36,271 nt of DNA from an uncultured Candidatus Saccharibacteria bacterium (lineage in GTDB: Bacteria > Patescibacteriota > Minisyncoccia > CAYRSW01). The stretch spans positions 4,902-41,172 of the forward strand of contig CAYRSW010000003.1 of the NCBI GenBank assembly GCA_964427335.1. Reading direction: 5' to 3'. Positions 16,568-26,076 of this stretch are shown here, piece by piece. The position numbers were made by a program, and so were the translations under genes. How positions within the stretch are numbered: the stretch's first letter is position 1; every line of letters begins with the position of its first letter. The notes under the pieces are model-generated. The model made no database searches and was not told where the DNA came from. It was given only the letters and a program-made list of their open reading frames with translations.

Positions 16568-18472
16568 ATGAAAAGAATTGCTAGGATTTTAGGGATTTCG
16601 GTATTAATCGCATGTTTTGTAACGCTTTCTCTTTCTGGTTTGTCTGGACAGAGTTTCGCCGCTCAAGAGACCCAAGAAAAAGAATTTCTTTCAGTAGCGG
16701 AGATCGAGTCAGGAACAAAAGAGAACAACTTAATGGAAGGGGAAGGCTCGACTGTTTTTAGAGGAATTTTTCCAGAAAAATTTGATGCAAAAATTAATGG
16801 GGTATTGAAATTTAGTCCCGAGTGGGGACTTATTCTTGCTAGACTTGGCGGGGGACCGCTAAGAGATTTTAATGATGAGAAGTTAGGGTTAGAAGTAGTT
16901 GGGGTTATTTCTGCCATGAGTGGCTCCCCGATCTATATTGATGAAAAATTAGTTGGCGCTTTAGGTTACAGTGTAGGAAAAGAGACCATTGAAGCTTACG
17001 CCGGGATTACTCCTATCAACTTAATGATAGAATCAGGAAAAGATCAATCTTTACAAAATTCACAAGAAAAAGAAGATTATTTACTGCCCCACGATGCATT
17101 GCCCCTGGAAGCTCCTCTTCTAGTTTCTGGATTCAAAAAGAAATCTCTAGAGAATTTGGTCTCATTTTTTGAAAAGCAAGGGTTTAATGTTGGTGGGGTT
17201 ATGGACCTAAATCACCAAAGCGGTTCAGCCGAGCAAGCAGAATCAAGTTCAAATTCACATTCACTAAGACCTGGTTCAGGTATCGCGGTTTTATTGATGC
17301 GAGGTGATTTTACTGTTGGTTCGATTGGCACAGCCACCTATATTAAGGGAAAGAAAGTCTATGCCCTTGGGCATCCTCTTTTAGGCATGGGAGGCCTGGG
17401 AAATGTAGATTTTCCTTTTTACCAGTCCTGGATTTTAATGATTATTGCCTCTCGAGAGAAGTCTTTTAAATTAAGTGGCGGCGTAGTCGGAGGACCCTTG
17501 GGAACTATCAAAAAAGACACTTTTGCTGGAATAGTTGGAGTTTTAGATGAAAAAGCCCAGATGATTCCAGTAAAGATTCACCTTAAAAACGAGCAGGTAG
17601 AAAAAACTTTTAATGTAGAGATAGTTAATCATCGCATACTTACAAAAGAACTGTTTATACAAGCCTTTGAGAATGCCATGGATCGTTTTCAGTCGGATTT
17701 AAGTTTTTCTACTCTGAAGTTTGAACTGAAGATTAAGATTAAAGAAGCCGACGCGCTTGAGGTCAATGATATTTTTGTGACCGAAAAAGATGGTTTGGAT
17801 GGTTTTTTAAAGGAGTTTAATCAAAAAATAGTTAAGAATTCTCTTGACCCTCTATTTGATAGTCCATTTAAATTTGAGTTGGAGAGCGTTGAATTTGACG
17901 TTGAAATTTCAAAAGGCAGAAAGATCTTTAGTTTGGATCAAGCGTTTTTAACTAAAAATGGAGAACTATTGAAAAAAGGAGAGCCGGTTGAAAAAAAGGA
18001 TAGTCTAGAGTTGGCTCTGGTTTTAAAAGATATTGAAACTCAAGAAAAATATTTAGGCAGGTTTACTGTTCCAATGGCTGAAGGTATTGCCGACGGTAGT
18101 GTAGTAAGAATAAGAATAGATAGTGGCCGAAGCATAACCTTACTTGAGGATATTGAGTATCCCCAAGATTTGAAAGTCCAGATTGGACAATTGACCGAGT
18201 TTTATTTTCCCAACAACCAGATTTATCTACAGATTTTATTTCCTCTAAAAGAAGAGTTAGAGACTGATTCTAGCCAAATAACTTCTGATAGACAAAAAAC
18301 AGTTCGGGGTTGGAAAAAGATAACCGGGGAAGAAAGATTGCCTCCCAAAGGTAAAAGAGAAGAGATAAAGTTAGTAGAGATACTCTTTAACTTTGAGGGA
18401 GTAATAATAGCTGGTGAAGTTTTAACATTTCGTTTTGAAGAGCAGAAAGAGAGAGAGATTAGAGATATTTAA
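16568..18472 (+). CDS. Secreted SpoIVB-type (peptidase S55-like) serine peptidase domain protein with a long uncharacterised C-terminal region
   Basis: I prefer the ATG at 16568, preceded by AAGGGGGA, over the TTG at 16550. It has a Sec signal (MKRIARILGISVLIACFVTLSLSGLSGQSFA-AQ). VVGVISAMSGSPIYIDEKLVGALGYSVG..AGITPINLMIE resembles the S55 G-M-S-G-S-P-I active-site block as I remember it. The remaining roughly 450 aa are not recognised. Confidence 0.5.
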   Translation: MKRIARILGISVLIACFVTLSLSGLSGQSFAAQETQEKEFLSVAEIESGTKENNLMEGEGSTVFRGIFPEKFDAKINGVLKFSPEWGLILARLGGGPLRDFNDEKLGLEVVGVISAMSGSPIYIDEKLVGALGYSVGKETIEAYAGITPINLMIESGKDQSLQNSQEKEDYLLPHDALPLEAPLLVSGFKKKSLENLVSFFEKQGFNVGGVMDLNHQSGSAEQAESSSNSHSLRPGSGIAVLLMRGDFTVGSIGTATYIKGKKVYALGHPLLGMGGLGNVDFPFYQSWILMIIASREKSFKLSGGVVGGPLGTIKKDTFAGIVGVLDEKAQMIPVKIHLKNEQVEKTFNVEIVNHRILTKELFIQAFENAMDRFQSDLSFSTLKFELKIKIKEADALEVNDIFVTEKDGLDGFLKEFNQKIVKNSLDPLFDSPFKFELESVEFDVEISKGRKIFSLDQAFLTKNGELLKKGEPVEKKDSLELALVLKDIETQEKYLGRFTVPMAEGIADGSVVRIRIDSGRSITLLEDIEYPQDLKVQIGQLTEFYFPNNQIYLQILFPLKEELETDSSQITSDRQKTVRGWKKITGEERLPPKGKREEIKLVEILFNFEGVIIAGEVLTFRFEEQKEREIRDI

Positions 18473-18484
18473 AAAGGAGTTAAA

Positions 18485-18518
18485 AAGGAACTAAGCTCCT
18501 TGAGGAGCTTAGTTCCTT
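18485..18518 (+). promoter_or_regulatory. Perfect 16-bp hairpin containing a copy of the downstream SD (no T-tract)
   Basis: AAGGAACTAAGCTCCT (18485-18500) pairs with AGGAGCTTAGTTCCTT (18503-18518). The right arm carries GAGGAGCT, identical to the SD region GAGGAGCT at 18540-18547. Confidence 0.5.
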
Positions 18519-18548
18519 GAAGAAAATCAAAAAATCCTGGAGGAGCTA

Positions 18549-20372
18549 ATGAAGACAAAATTTTTGCGGTTAGTAATGATTGCTTTAGTGAGTATGGGGT
18601 TTATCTTGATAGGCCCGGGTTTAGTCAGAGCCGAAGAGGTAGAGCCGCCTGAAATAGTTCTGCCTTCGGATGAAGTTTTAAGGACAGAGCCTCAAGTATT
18701 AAGAAACGCGTCCACCAGTGATCCAAAAACGTTTAACCTTGTACTTGCAAATGAGACCAGTAGTACGGATGTTTTGAGTCCTTTATTTGAATCGCTGGTT
18801 CGGATGAACCCGATCACTTTGAACTATGATGACGAAGAGTATTCTGGGGTTTTAGCTGTCGGCTGGGAAGTTGACGAGACAGGAAGAATCTGGACTTTCC
18901 ATTTGAGAGAGGGAGTAAAGTGGAACGATGGAGAACCTTTTACTGCCGAAGATGTTGTCTTTACCCTCAAGGTAATTTATGATCCGGATATTCCCAACAG
19001 CACGAAAGATATCTTGAGTTTCGGGAAGGATAAAAAACAGATTACTTGCGAAAAGATAGATGACCATACTGTAAAATTTACCACCCCCGAACCATTTGCT
19101 CCATTTCTCCATAATGTCGGAGGAATGTCAATATTACCCAAGCATATCTTGAATAAGCCATGGGAAGAGAAAGACGAAGAGTTAAGTCCTGGTCAAAGAT
19201 TTAACCAGATGTGGACGATTGGTACTAAAGTTAACGAAATTGTCGGAACTGGACCATATGTGATAACGGAATATATACCAACCCAGCATATAAAATTCGG
19301 ACCGAATCCTTATTATTGGCGCAGAGACGAGAAGGGAAGACGCCTTCCCTACATAGAAAGAATTGAGACGATTATTGTTGAAAACCTGGAAACAATTAGT
19401 CTTAAATTCAAGGCTCATGAGATTGATACTTTAGGACTCCGTCCTAAAGATGTTGCTTTGCTGGGAGAGGAAATAAGAAAGCAAGAAGAAAAGGGGGAGA
19501 TGCCCGATAAAGTTCTACTGGAAGTCGGATTGAGTACTGGCACGACCTTTGTCGCTTTTAACCAAAATCCTAGACATTACATAAAAGATGGGAAAGTGGA
19601 CCCTAGACTGAATTGGTTTTCCGATCCTCAATTTATGAAAGCTATTGCTATGAGCATTGACTATGAGACCATAATTCAGAATGTTCTTTACGGATTAGGC
19701 GTGTCGACCTCTACTGTAATATCTCCTGTAGTTCGTACTTTTCACCACGACGGACTCGAAGCTTACAAATATAATCTAGATAAAGCTAGACAAATTCTTG
19801 ATCAAGCCGGATATAAAGTGGATGACAAAGGAGTAAGGCGAGATAAAAACGGAAATAAGATCAAATTCACTTTAATCACCAACAGTGGAAATGATACTAG
19901 AGAAAGTATCTCCAATATTCTAGTGGCGGATTGGACTGAAGAGCTAGGATTTGAAGTTCATTACCAACCTCTGGAATTCAATACGTTGGTTAAAAAATTA
20001 TTAGATAATTTCGATTGGGACGCGGTCGTAATCGGCTTGACTGGTGGTGTAGAACCCCACGGCGGAGCAAATGTGTACAAGTCATCTGGACAGTTGCATT
20101 TTTGGAATCCCGAGCAGGAGAGTCCAACTACAGAGTGGGAAAAAGAAGTGGATGCACTAGTTGATAGGGGAGCGAAAGAGCTGGACCTAGAGAAACGGAT
20201 TGAGATTTATAAGAGAATGCAAGAAATATTCTACCGACGGCTTTCCTATATTATGCTCCCTGTGCAAAAGATTTTTATCGCTCACCATAATAAGCTGAAG
20301 AACTATCGCCCGTTAACATTTGGGACTTATAAATCCGAGTACCGGTATATAGATACTAGGAAGAGTAAATAG
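18549..20372 (+). CDS. Peptide/nickel ABC transporter substrate-binding protein (family 5, OppA/DppA-like)
   Basis: 607 aa with SD GGAGGAG at 18539-18545 and an N-terminal signal/anchor (LVMIALVSMGFILIGPGLVRA). There is no lipobox Cys. VKWNDGEPFTAEDVVFT and the overall size are typical of SBP_bac_5. It is followed by permease and ATPase genes. Confidence 0.8.
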   Translation: MKTKFLRLVMIALVSMGFILIGPGLVRAEEVEPPEIVLPSDEVLRTEPQVLRNASTSDPKTFNLVLANETSSTDVLSPLFESLVRMNPITLNYDDEEYSGVLAVGWEVDETGRIWTFHLREGVKWNDGEPFTAEDVVFTLKVIYDPDIPNSTKDILSFGKDKKQITCEKIDDHTVKFTTPEPFAPFLHNVGGMSILPKHILNKPWEEKDEELSPGQRFNQMWTIGTKVNEIVGTGPYVITEYIPTQHIKFGPNPYYWRRDEKGRRLPYIERIETIIVENLETISLKFKAHEIDTLGLRPKDVALLGEEIRKQEEKGEMPDKVLLEVGLSTGTTFVAFNQNPRHYIKDGKVDPRLNWFSDPQFMKAIAMSIDYETIIQNVLYGLGVSTSTVISPVVRTFHHDGLEAYKYNLDKARQILDQAGYKVDDKGVRRDKNGNKIKFTLITNSGNDTRESISNILVADWTEELGFEVHYQPLEFNTLVKKLLDNFDWDAVVIGLTGGVEPHGGANVYKSSGQLHFWNPEQESPTTEWEKEVDALVDRGAKELDLEKRIEIYKRMQEIFYRRLSYIMLPVQKIFIAHHNKLKNYRPLTFGTYKSEYRYIDTRKSK

Positions 20373-20382
20373 TTAAAAAACT

Positions 20383-20414
20383 AGCTGGAAGGAATAAATT
20401 TCCCTCCAGCTTTT
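20383..20414 (+). terminator. Rho-independent terminator after the binding-protein gene
   Basis: AGCTGGAAGGA (20383-20393) pairs with TCCCTCCAGCT (20401-20411) with one mismatch, followed by TTT/TTTTAAAA. Confidence 0.65.
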
Positions 20415-20421
20415 AAAATAC

Positions 20422-20450
20422 TTGACTAAATTAAACTTATATGATAGTAT
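20422..20450 (+). promoter_or_regulatory. Promoter for the permease/ATPase genes (TTGACT-N17-TAGTAT, with TGa extended -10)
   Basis: TTGACT at 20422-20427, a 17-nt spacer, and TGATAGTAT at 20442-20450. Confidence 0.5.
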
Positions 20451-20499
20451 AAAAAGTCAGAACCTTGACAAAATAATATCATGATTTTACGGAGGTAAT

Positions 20500-21492
20500 G
20501 TGATGAATTCGATGATGCGCTACATCATTAAGAGACTTCTTTGGATTCCGGTAGTTTTGTTTTGTATATCTGTTTTGAGTTTCATGATTTATCAGTTGGC
20601 TCCTGGGGACTATTTTTCAAAATTAGCGATGAATCCCCAAATTTCTCCCTCGACTTTAGAGCAGATGAGAATTCAATGGGGATTAGATAAACCAGTATAT
20701 GTTCAATACTTTCTATGGCTCTGGCAGGTTCTTCATGGGAACTTGGGTACCAGTATCGCTTATAACACCAGTGTTACCAGCCTTATTCTTTCCAGGGCTT
20801 TTAGCACGATGATTTTAAGTGTTAACTCGATGGTTTTTACCTGGAGTTTAGCTATCCCAATAGGAATTGTTGTTGCGCTAAGGCCGAATACTTTTTTAGA
20901 TAGAAGTTTGTCGCTGGCTGCCTTTATCGGCATGAGCATTCCTAACTTCTTTTTGGCCTTTTTGTTGTTGTACTTGGCTCTCAAGACAGGATGGTTTCCT
21001 ATTGGCGGGACTTTTTCCCTTGCCTACAGCTCTCTTCCCTGGTGGGGAAAAATTGCAGATAGGTCCCGTCATTTAATCATCCCAACAATTGTTCTTGGAA
21101 CGGCTGGTATGGCTGGCCTGATGCGGTTAATGAGAGCGCAAATGATGGAGATAAAAAGCGCCGATTTTGTAATCGCGTGCAGAGCCAAAGGACTTTCCGA
21201 AAGGAAAGTGGTCCTTAAGCATATGTTAAGAAATGTTTTGAATCCCTTTATCACATCGATGGGATATTTATTCTCTGCGCTTCTTAGCGGGGCGGCGCTG
21301 ACTGAAATGGTTTTGGGTCTTCAGGGATTGGGACAGTTAATGCTTAAGGCAGTTTTATCACAGGATTGGCCTCTGGTTATGGGTGTACTACCCGTTAACT
21401 CTGTACTGCTTCTTTCAGGAATTCTTGTAGCGGATATTCTATTGACTATCGTTGACCCTAGAATAAGCTTTGAGTCCTTGAGGAGAAGATAA
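20500..21492 (+). CDS. Peptide ABC transporter permease (OppB/DppB-like)
   Basis: SD GGAGG at 20491-20495. The start is either GTG 20500 or, more likely, ATG 20503. It has six-TM character and an EAA-type loop (ACRAKGLSERKVVLKHMLRNVLNP). Confidence 0.85.
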   Translation: MMNSMMRYIIKRLLWIPVVLFCISVLSFMIYQLAPGDYFSKLAMNPQISPSTLEQMRIQWGLDKPVYVQYFLWLWQVLHGNLGTSIAYNTSVTSLILSRAFSTMILSVNSMVFTWSLAIPIGIVVALRPNTFLDRSLSLAAFIGMSIPNFFLAFLLLYLALKTGWFPIGGTFSLAYSSLPWWGKIADRSRHLIIPTIVLGTAGMAGLMRLMRAQMMEIKSADFVIACRAKGLSERKVVLKHMLRNVLNPFITSMGYLFSALLSGAALTEMVLGLQGLGQLMLKAVLSQDWPLVMGVLPVNSVLLLSGILVADILLTIVDPRISFESLRRR

Positions 21493-23651
21493 TGAAAGTA
21501 AAGATTATTTTTGAGAAAATAAAGTATATTTGGGGGAAAATGAATTGGCTGGTCAGAATTATGGTGTTGATTCTCGTTGGGTTATATCTGATGGCTGCCC
21601 TTGCTCCAATTATTGCTCCTTACGACTATAGAAAGATGCATCGGCGATATCCCGATGCATCTCCTTCAACGATTCATATAGGCAGCTTTCAACTTTCTTT
21701 TTCCAATCCGTATCTTTTTTCTAAAGGTGAAGGCTGGAAAGTTGATTGGCCTTATGTTTATCGGATAAAATTGATAGATCCTACTAGGAGGACTTATCAA
21801 GAGCTTAAAGATAAGAAGTATTATCTTCAGTTCTTTAAAGATGGGAGACTGTTTAGTGTTGAAAAATCGGCCAGGTTGTTTGTTTTAGGTACCAATAGGA
21901 ATGGATGGGACTTGTTCTCAAGAGTGGTTATGGCGGCCAGGGTCAGTTTAACTATTGGCTTTATCGGCGTGCTTATCTCTTTTGGTATTGGGATTCTTGT
22001 TGGCTGTGCTTCTGGATACTTTGGAGGATGGACGGATGATATCATTATGGGAATATGCCAAGTAATGATGAGTATTCCCGGATTTCCGTTGCTTTTGTTG
22101 TTGAGTATGGTTATTCCACCGCAGTTTAGCTCAACTATGCGGCTTTTCATGATTATTACAGTGTTGAGTCTTATCGGCTGGCCTGGACTGGCAAGAACAA
22201 TCAGAGGAATGGCGGCTAGTGTTAGAGCCCAAGAACATGTGACAGCAGCTAAAGCTCTGGGGGCGAGTAATTGGCGAATCATTACTCGCTATATAATCCC
22301 CGGGGTTCTTAATTATAGTATCGTGGCCGCAACGTTAAGTATTCCTGGCTTTATGTTAGGAGAAGCAGGACTTTCTCTGATAGGATTAGGGATAAGAGAA
22401 CCGGATGCCAGTTGGGGTAACCTACTGACGGCCGCTATGCAGAACATTAGCCAACTGGATAAAATGTGGTGGATACTTGTTCCCGGCGGATTTATTTTTA
22501 TCTCTATAATGAGTTTCAATTTCTTAGGAGATTTCCTGAGAGATTGCTATGATCCTCGAATGAAAGGTAGCAAGGGAATTGCAACAAAGTTTTTTCTTTG
22601 GGGACATTGGTTTATTTCTCCCAAAGTAGAAGAAGAGACAGACCTTTCGAAAGAATTACCAAAGAAAGAATACTCTTTAGAAGTTAAGAATTTAAGGACC
22701 TGTTTTGACACAGAGGCTGGAATTGTTAAGGCAGTGGATGGAGTAGGATTTTCTCTCAAAAAGGGAAAAACCCTGGGAATAGTGGGTGAGTCAGCTTGCG
22801 GGAAAAGCGTTACTGCTCTTTCTGTGTTGCGGCTTATTCAACCCCCGGGAAAAATCGTAGCCGGAGAGATAATATTTAACCAAAAGAATCTTCTTAAACT
22901 GAATCAATACCAGATCCGAAGAGTTAGAGGTAGAAATATCTCTATGATTTTTCAAGAGCCGATGACTTCACTTGACCCTATCTTTACGATAGGGAATCAG
23001 ATTGTTGAGGCGATATTAGAGCATGAGAATTTGAGTAAAACTCAAGCTTTAAATAAAGCCAAAGAGTTGTTGGCACTAGTTCAGATTCCCACTCCCGAAC
23101 AGACCCTTAATGCCTATCCCCATCAGCTTTCTGGGGGGATGCGTCAGCGGGTAATGATTGCTATTGCCCTCTCTTGCAATCCCCAAATACTCATTGCTGA
23201 CGAGCCAACCACGGCTTTGGATGTGACTGTTCAGGCGCAGATTCTAGAGCTTCTAAATGGACTAAAGAAAAAAATCGGTATGTCTGTGATTATGATAACC
23301 CATAATCTGGGGATTATCGCCGAAACCGCCCAAGATGTGGCGGTTATGTATGCAGGAAGGATTGTTGAATATGATTCGGCGGAAGGGATATTTGGAAATC
23401 CCAAACATCCCTATACTCGAGGACTTTACAAGTCTGTCCCTCGGTTAGGCAGTAGTGCTCTCAAGGTAAAACAGAAGTTGGAATCGATTCCAGGTAATGT
23501 CCCTAATCCTTTGCATTTGCCTTCGGGGTGCAGTTTTCATCCCCGTTGTGCCTACGCGAAACCTATCTGTAAAGAAAAGATGCCTTCACTTAAAGAAATA
23601 GGTGGAGGTCACTTGGTTAGATGTTGGGAAGTAGGAGGAAAAGATGAGTAA
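21492..23651 (+). CDS. Fused peptide ABC transporter permease (OppC/DppC-like) and ATP-binding (OppD/DppD-like) protein
   Basis: The N-terminal half carries LGTNRNGWDLFSRV and EAGLSLIGLGIREPDASWGNLL (OppC signatures). The C-terminal half carries Walker A GESACGKS, signature LSGGMRQR, Walker B LIADEPTTALD and the oligopeptide C-terminal block HPYTRGLYKSVP..CSFHPRC. It is one uninterrupted frame, and its start overlaps the previous stop (TAATG). Confidence 0.85.
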   Translation: MKVKIIFEKIKYIWGKMNWLVRIMVLILVGLYLMAALAPIIAPYDYRKMHRRYPDASPSTIHIGSFQLSFSNPYLFSKGEGWKVDWPYVYRIKLIDPTRRTYQELKDKKYYLQFFKDGRLFSVEKSARLFVLGTNRNGWDLFSRVVMAARVSLTIGFIGVLISFGIGILVGCASGYFGGWTDDIIMGICQVMMSIPGFPLLLLLSMVIPPQFSSTMRLFMIITVLSLIGWPGLARTIRGMAASVRAQEHVTAAKALGASNWRIITRYIIPGVLNYSIVAATLSIPGFMLGEAGLSLIGLGIREPDASWGNLLTAAMQNISQLDKMWWILVPGGFIFISIMSFNFLGDFLRDCYDPRMKGSKGIATKFFLWGHWFISPKVEEETDLSKELPKKEYSLEVKNLRTCFDTEAGIVKAVDGVGFSLKKGKTLGIVGESACGKSVTALSVLRLIQPPGKIVAGEIIFNQKNLLKLNQYQIRRVRGRNISMIFQEPMTSLDPIFTIGNQIVEAILEHENLSKTQALNKAKELLALVQIPTPEQTLNAYPHQLSGGMRQRVMIAIALSCNPQILIADEPTTALDVTVQAQILELLNGLKKKIGMSVIMITHNLGIIAETAQDVAVMYAGRIVEYDSAEGIFGNPKHPYTRGLYKSVPRLGSSALKVKQKLESIPGNVPNPLHLPSGCSFHPRCAYAKPICKEKMPSLKEIGGGHLVRCWEVGGKDE

Positions 23652-24606
23652 CCTTCTAGAAATTAAGAATGTTAAAAAGTATTTCCTTCGAGGAGGGGGC
23701 TTTTTAGTAAAGCCTCTTCCTCCGATACGAGCAGTTGATGGAGTTTCTCTAAAAATAGGAGAAAAAGAAACAGTTGGCTTAGTAGGAGAGAGTGGTTGCG
23801 GAAAAACCACAATAGGAAGAGTGATTCTCAAGCTTTACCAGCCCACAGAAGGAAAGATTTTCTTTGAAGGTAAAGATTTAACTAATCTAAGTAAGAAAGA
23901 AATGGAACCGTTAAGACGGGAGATGCAGATTATATTCCAGGATCCATTTAGTTCTTTACATCCTCGAATGAGAATAAGGCAGATTCTTAAAGAGCCATTT
24001 CTCATTCATAGAATTGGTTCAAAAAAGGATCAAAAAGAAAAAATTCTTGAGCTTCTTCAAGAAGTAGGGTTAGAGCCAGAAAGTCTCTTGAGATTCCCTC
24101 ACGAATTTTCCGGCGGTCAGCGTCAAAGAATTGGGATTGCCAGGGCCATTGCCTTGAATCCCAAACTGATTATTGCTGATGAACCGGTTTCGGCGCTTGA
24201 TGTTTCCATTCAGGCGCAGATTATTGATTTGTTGGATGACCTACAGAAAAAGTTTTCTCTATCGTATCTTTTCATCGCTCATGACCTAAGTGTGGTTGAA
24301 CATATCTCTGACCGCGTGATGGTTATGTACGTTGGAAAGATTGTTGAGCAAGCTGTGACGAGAGAATTATACGGGAATCCACTTCACCCCTATACCAAAG
24401 CTCTTCTTTCTGCTGTTCCTGTACCTGACCCGCATCTTAAAAAAGAAAGAGAGATTCTAAAAGGAGATTTACCTAATCCGGCCAATCCTCCTTCTGGATG
24501 TCGGTTTCACACTCGCTGTCAATACGCAAAACCCAAGTGTCGGGAGGAAGAACCAAAGCTGAAAGATGTTGGCGCAGGCCATAAGGTGGCTTGCCACTTA
24601 ATCTAA
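23644..24606 (+). CDS. Peptide ABC transporter ATP-binding protein (OppF/DppF-like)
   Basis: GESGCGKTT, FSGGQRQRIGIARA, IIADEPVSALD, HPYTKALLSAVP..CRFHTRC. Overlaps the upstream gene by 8 nt. Confidence 0.9.
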   Translation: MSNLLEIKNVKKYFLRGGGFLVKPLPPIRAVDGVSLKIGEKETVGLVGESGCGKTTIGRVILKLYQPTEGKIFFEGKDLTNLSKKEMEPLRREMQIIFQDPFSSLHPRMRIRQILKEPFLIHRIGSKKDQKEKILELLQEVGLEPESLLRFPHEFSGGQRQRIGIARAIALNPKLIIADEPVSALDVSIQAQIIDLLDDLQKKFSLSYLFIAHDLSVVEHISDRVMVMYVGKIVEQAVTRELYGNPLHPYTKALLSAVPVPDPHLKKEREILKGDLPNPANPPSGCRFHTRCQYAKPKCREEEPKLKDVGAGHKVACHLI

Positions 24607-24611
24607 ACACC

Positions 24612-24645
24612 CCCCTATCCTTAATAAAAGGATAGGGGTTTTTTT
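24612..24645 (+). terminator. Rho-independent terminator after the ABC operon
   Basis: CCCCTATCC (24612-24620) pairs with GGATAGGGG (24630-24638), followed by TTTTTTT (24639-24645). Confidence 0.85.
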
Positions 24646-24672
24646 GACAGATGAATGAGAACAAGTTAAAAT
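24644..24672 (+). promoter_or_regulatory. Promoter for lysS (TTGACA-N17-TAAAAT)
   Basis: TTGACA at 24644-24649, a 17-nt spacer, TAAAAT at 24667-24672. The ATG at 24685 lies 12 nt downstream with no clear SD. Confidence 0.55.
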
Positions 24673-24684
24673 AAGAGTAAGAAT

Positions 24685-26076
24685 ATGCCGATAAAAGATA
24701 TAAAAAAAGTTCGGCTTGAGAAACTTGAGGCGCTTAAAAAAGCCGGTATTAATCCTTTTCCGAGCCAGGTAAGACGGACTCACACCAACAAGCAAGTAAT
24801 TGATGACTTTAACAAACTTCTTAAAAAGAAGATTTCTTTGGTTGGCCGGATTCGAGCTATCAGGGGCCACGGCGGTTCAACTTTTATTCATGTTGAGGAT
24901 GGCACTGGCAGGATTCAGGTTTATCTTAAGCGGGACAAGTTAGGTAAAAAAGATTATAAGAATTTTCAAGATTTTTATGACATCGGAGATTTTATTGAGG
25001 TGGAGGGAACTTTATTTAAAACAAAAAGAGGCGAAAAAACTCTTGAGGCAAGAAATTTTCGGATGTTGGCTAAATCCCTTTTGCCTTTGCCGGAAAAATG
25101 GGAAGGGCTTGAGGATAAGGAAGTAAGGCGCCGGCAGCGTTATCTTGACCTTTTAGCTAACTCCGAGGTAAAAAAAAGATTTAAAACTTGTTCAAAGATT
25201 GTTGAAGCAATGCGTGAGATTCTTAAGAGCCAGGGATATTTAGAGGTGACAACTCCAACGCTTCAGCCGATTTACGGCGGAACTTTAGCAGAGCCATTCA
25301 CCACCTTTTACAGGGCCTTAGACCAAGAGATGTATTTGCGCATTTCCAATGAACTTTACCTCAAACGTTTAATTGTTGGCGGCTTTGAAAAAGTTTTTGA
25401 ATTTTCCATTGATTTTAGAAACGAAGGAATAGATAGTTTCCATAATCCGGAATTTATGCAGATGGAAACAATGTGTGCCTATGCCGATTATAAAGAGAAT
25501 ATGAAGTTAGCAGAAGATTTGATTTCTGGGGTAGCAAAAAAAGTTTTAGGAAAGACCAAAATAACCTATCAGGGAAAAAAGATAGATTTGACTCCACCAT
25601 TTAAAAGAATCAGTATGAGTGAGGCAGTAAAAAAATACACTGGCAAGACCCTTAAAGGAAGGGCTTTAGATGAGATTTTTGATAAAGAAGTAGTAGCACC
25701 GCAAATAGTTCAGCCCACTTTTGTTACAGGTTTTCCCAAAGAAACTTCACCTTTAGCTAAAGAGAGAAAGGATAATCCGGGCTTTACTGAACGTTTTGAG
25801 CTTATTATCGCTGGTAGAGAACTAACTAATGTTTATTCAGAGCTAAATGACCCAATAGAGCTCAGGGATAACCTAGAAGAACAGCAAAAATTAAGAAAAG
25901 TTGGTAGTCAAAAATTAGTCCATCCAATTGATGAGGATTTTATTGAGGCCTTAGAATACGGCATGCCGCCGACTTCTGGAATTGGCATTGGTATGGAAAG
26001 ATTATTTATGCTTCTTACGGATTCAGCTTCTATTAGAGATGTAATTTTATTTCCAGCTATGAAAAAGAAATCATGA
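24685..26076 (+). CDS. lysS: Lysyl-tRNA synthetase, class II
   Basis: OB-fold N-terminal domain, then FRNEGIDSFHNPEF, ERFELIIAGRELTNVYSELNDP and GMPPTSGIGIGMERL. Confidence 0.92.
   Translation: MPIKDIKKVRLEKLEALKKAGINPFPSQVRRTHTNKQVIDDFNKLLKKKISLVGRIRAIRGHGGSTFIHVEDGTGRIQVYLKRDKLGKKDYKNFQDFYDIGDFIEVEGTLFKTKRGEKTLEARNFRMLAKSLLPLPEKWEGLEDKEVRRRQRYLDLLANSEVKKRFKTCSKIVEAMREILKSQGYLEVTTPTLQPIYGGTLAEPFTTFYRALDQEMYLRISNELYLKRLIVGGFEKVFEFSIDFRNEGIDSFHNPEFMQMETMCAYADYKENMKLAEDLISGVAKKVLGKTKITYQGKKIDLTPPFKRISMSEAVKKYTGKTLKGRALDEIFDKEVVAPQIVQPTFVTGFPKETSPLAKERKDNPGFTERFELIIAGRELTNVYSELNDPIELRDNLEEQQKLRKVGSQKLVHPIDEDFIEALEYGMPPTSGIGIGMERLFMLLTDSASIRDVILFPAMKKKS

Noticed and set aside
18485-18518. The 16-bp hairpin as a plus-strand intrinsic terminator.
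   Set aside because: It is followed by GAAGAAAATCAAAAAA, not a U-tract. The T-run lies on the opposite strand, where there is no gene to terminate.
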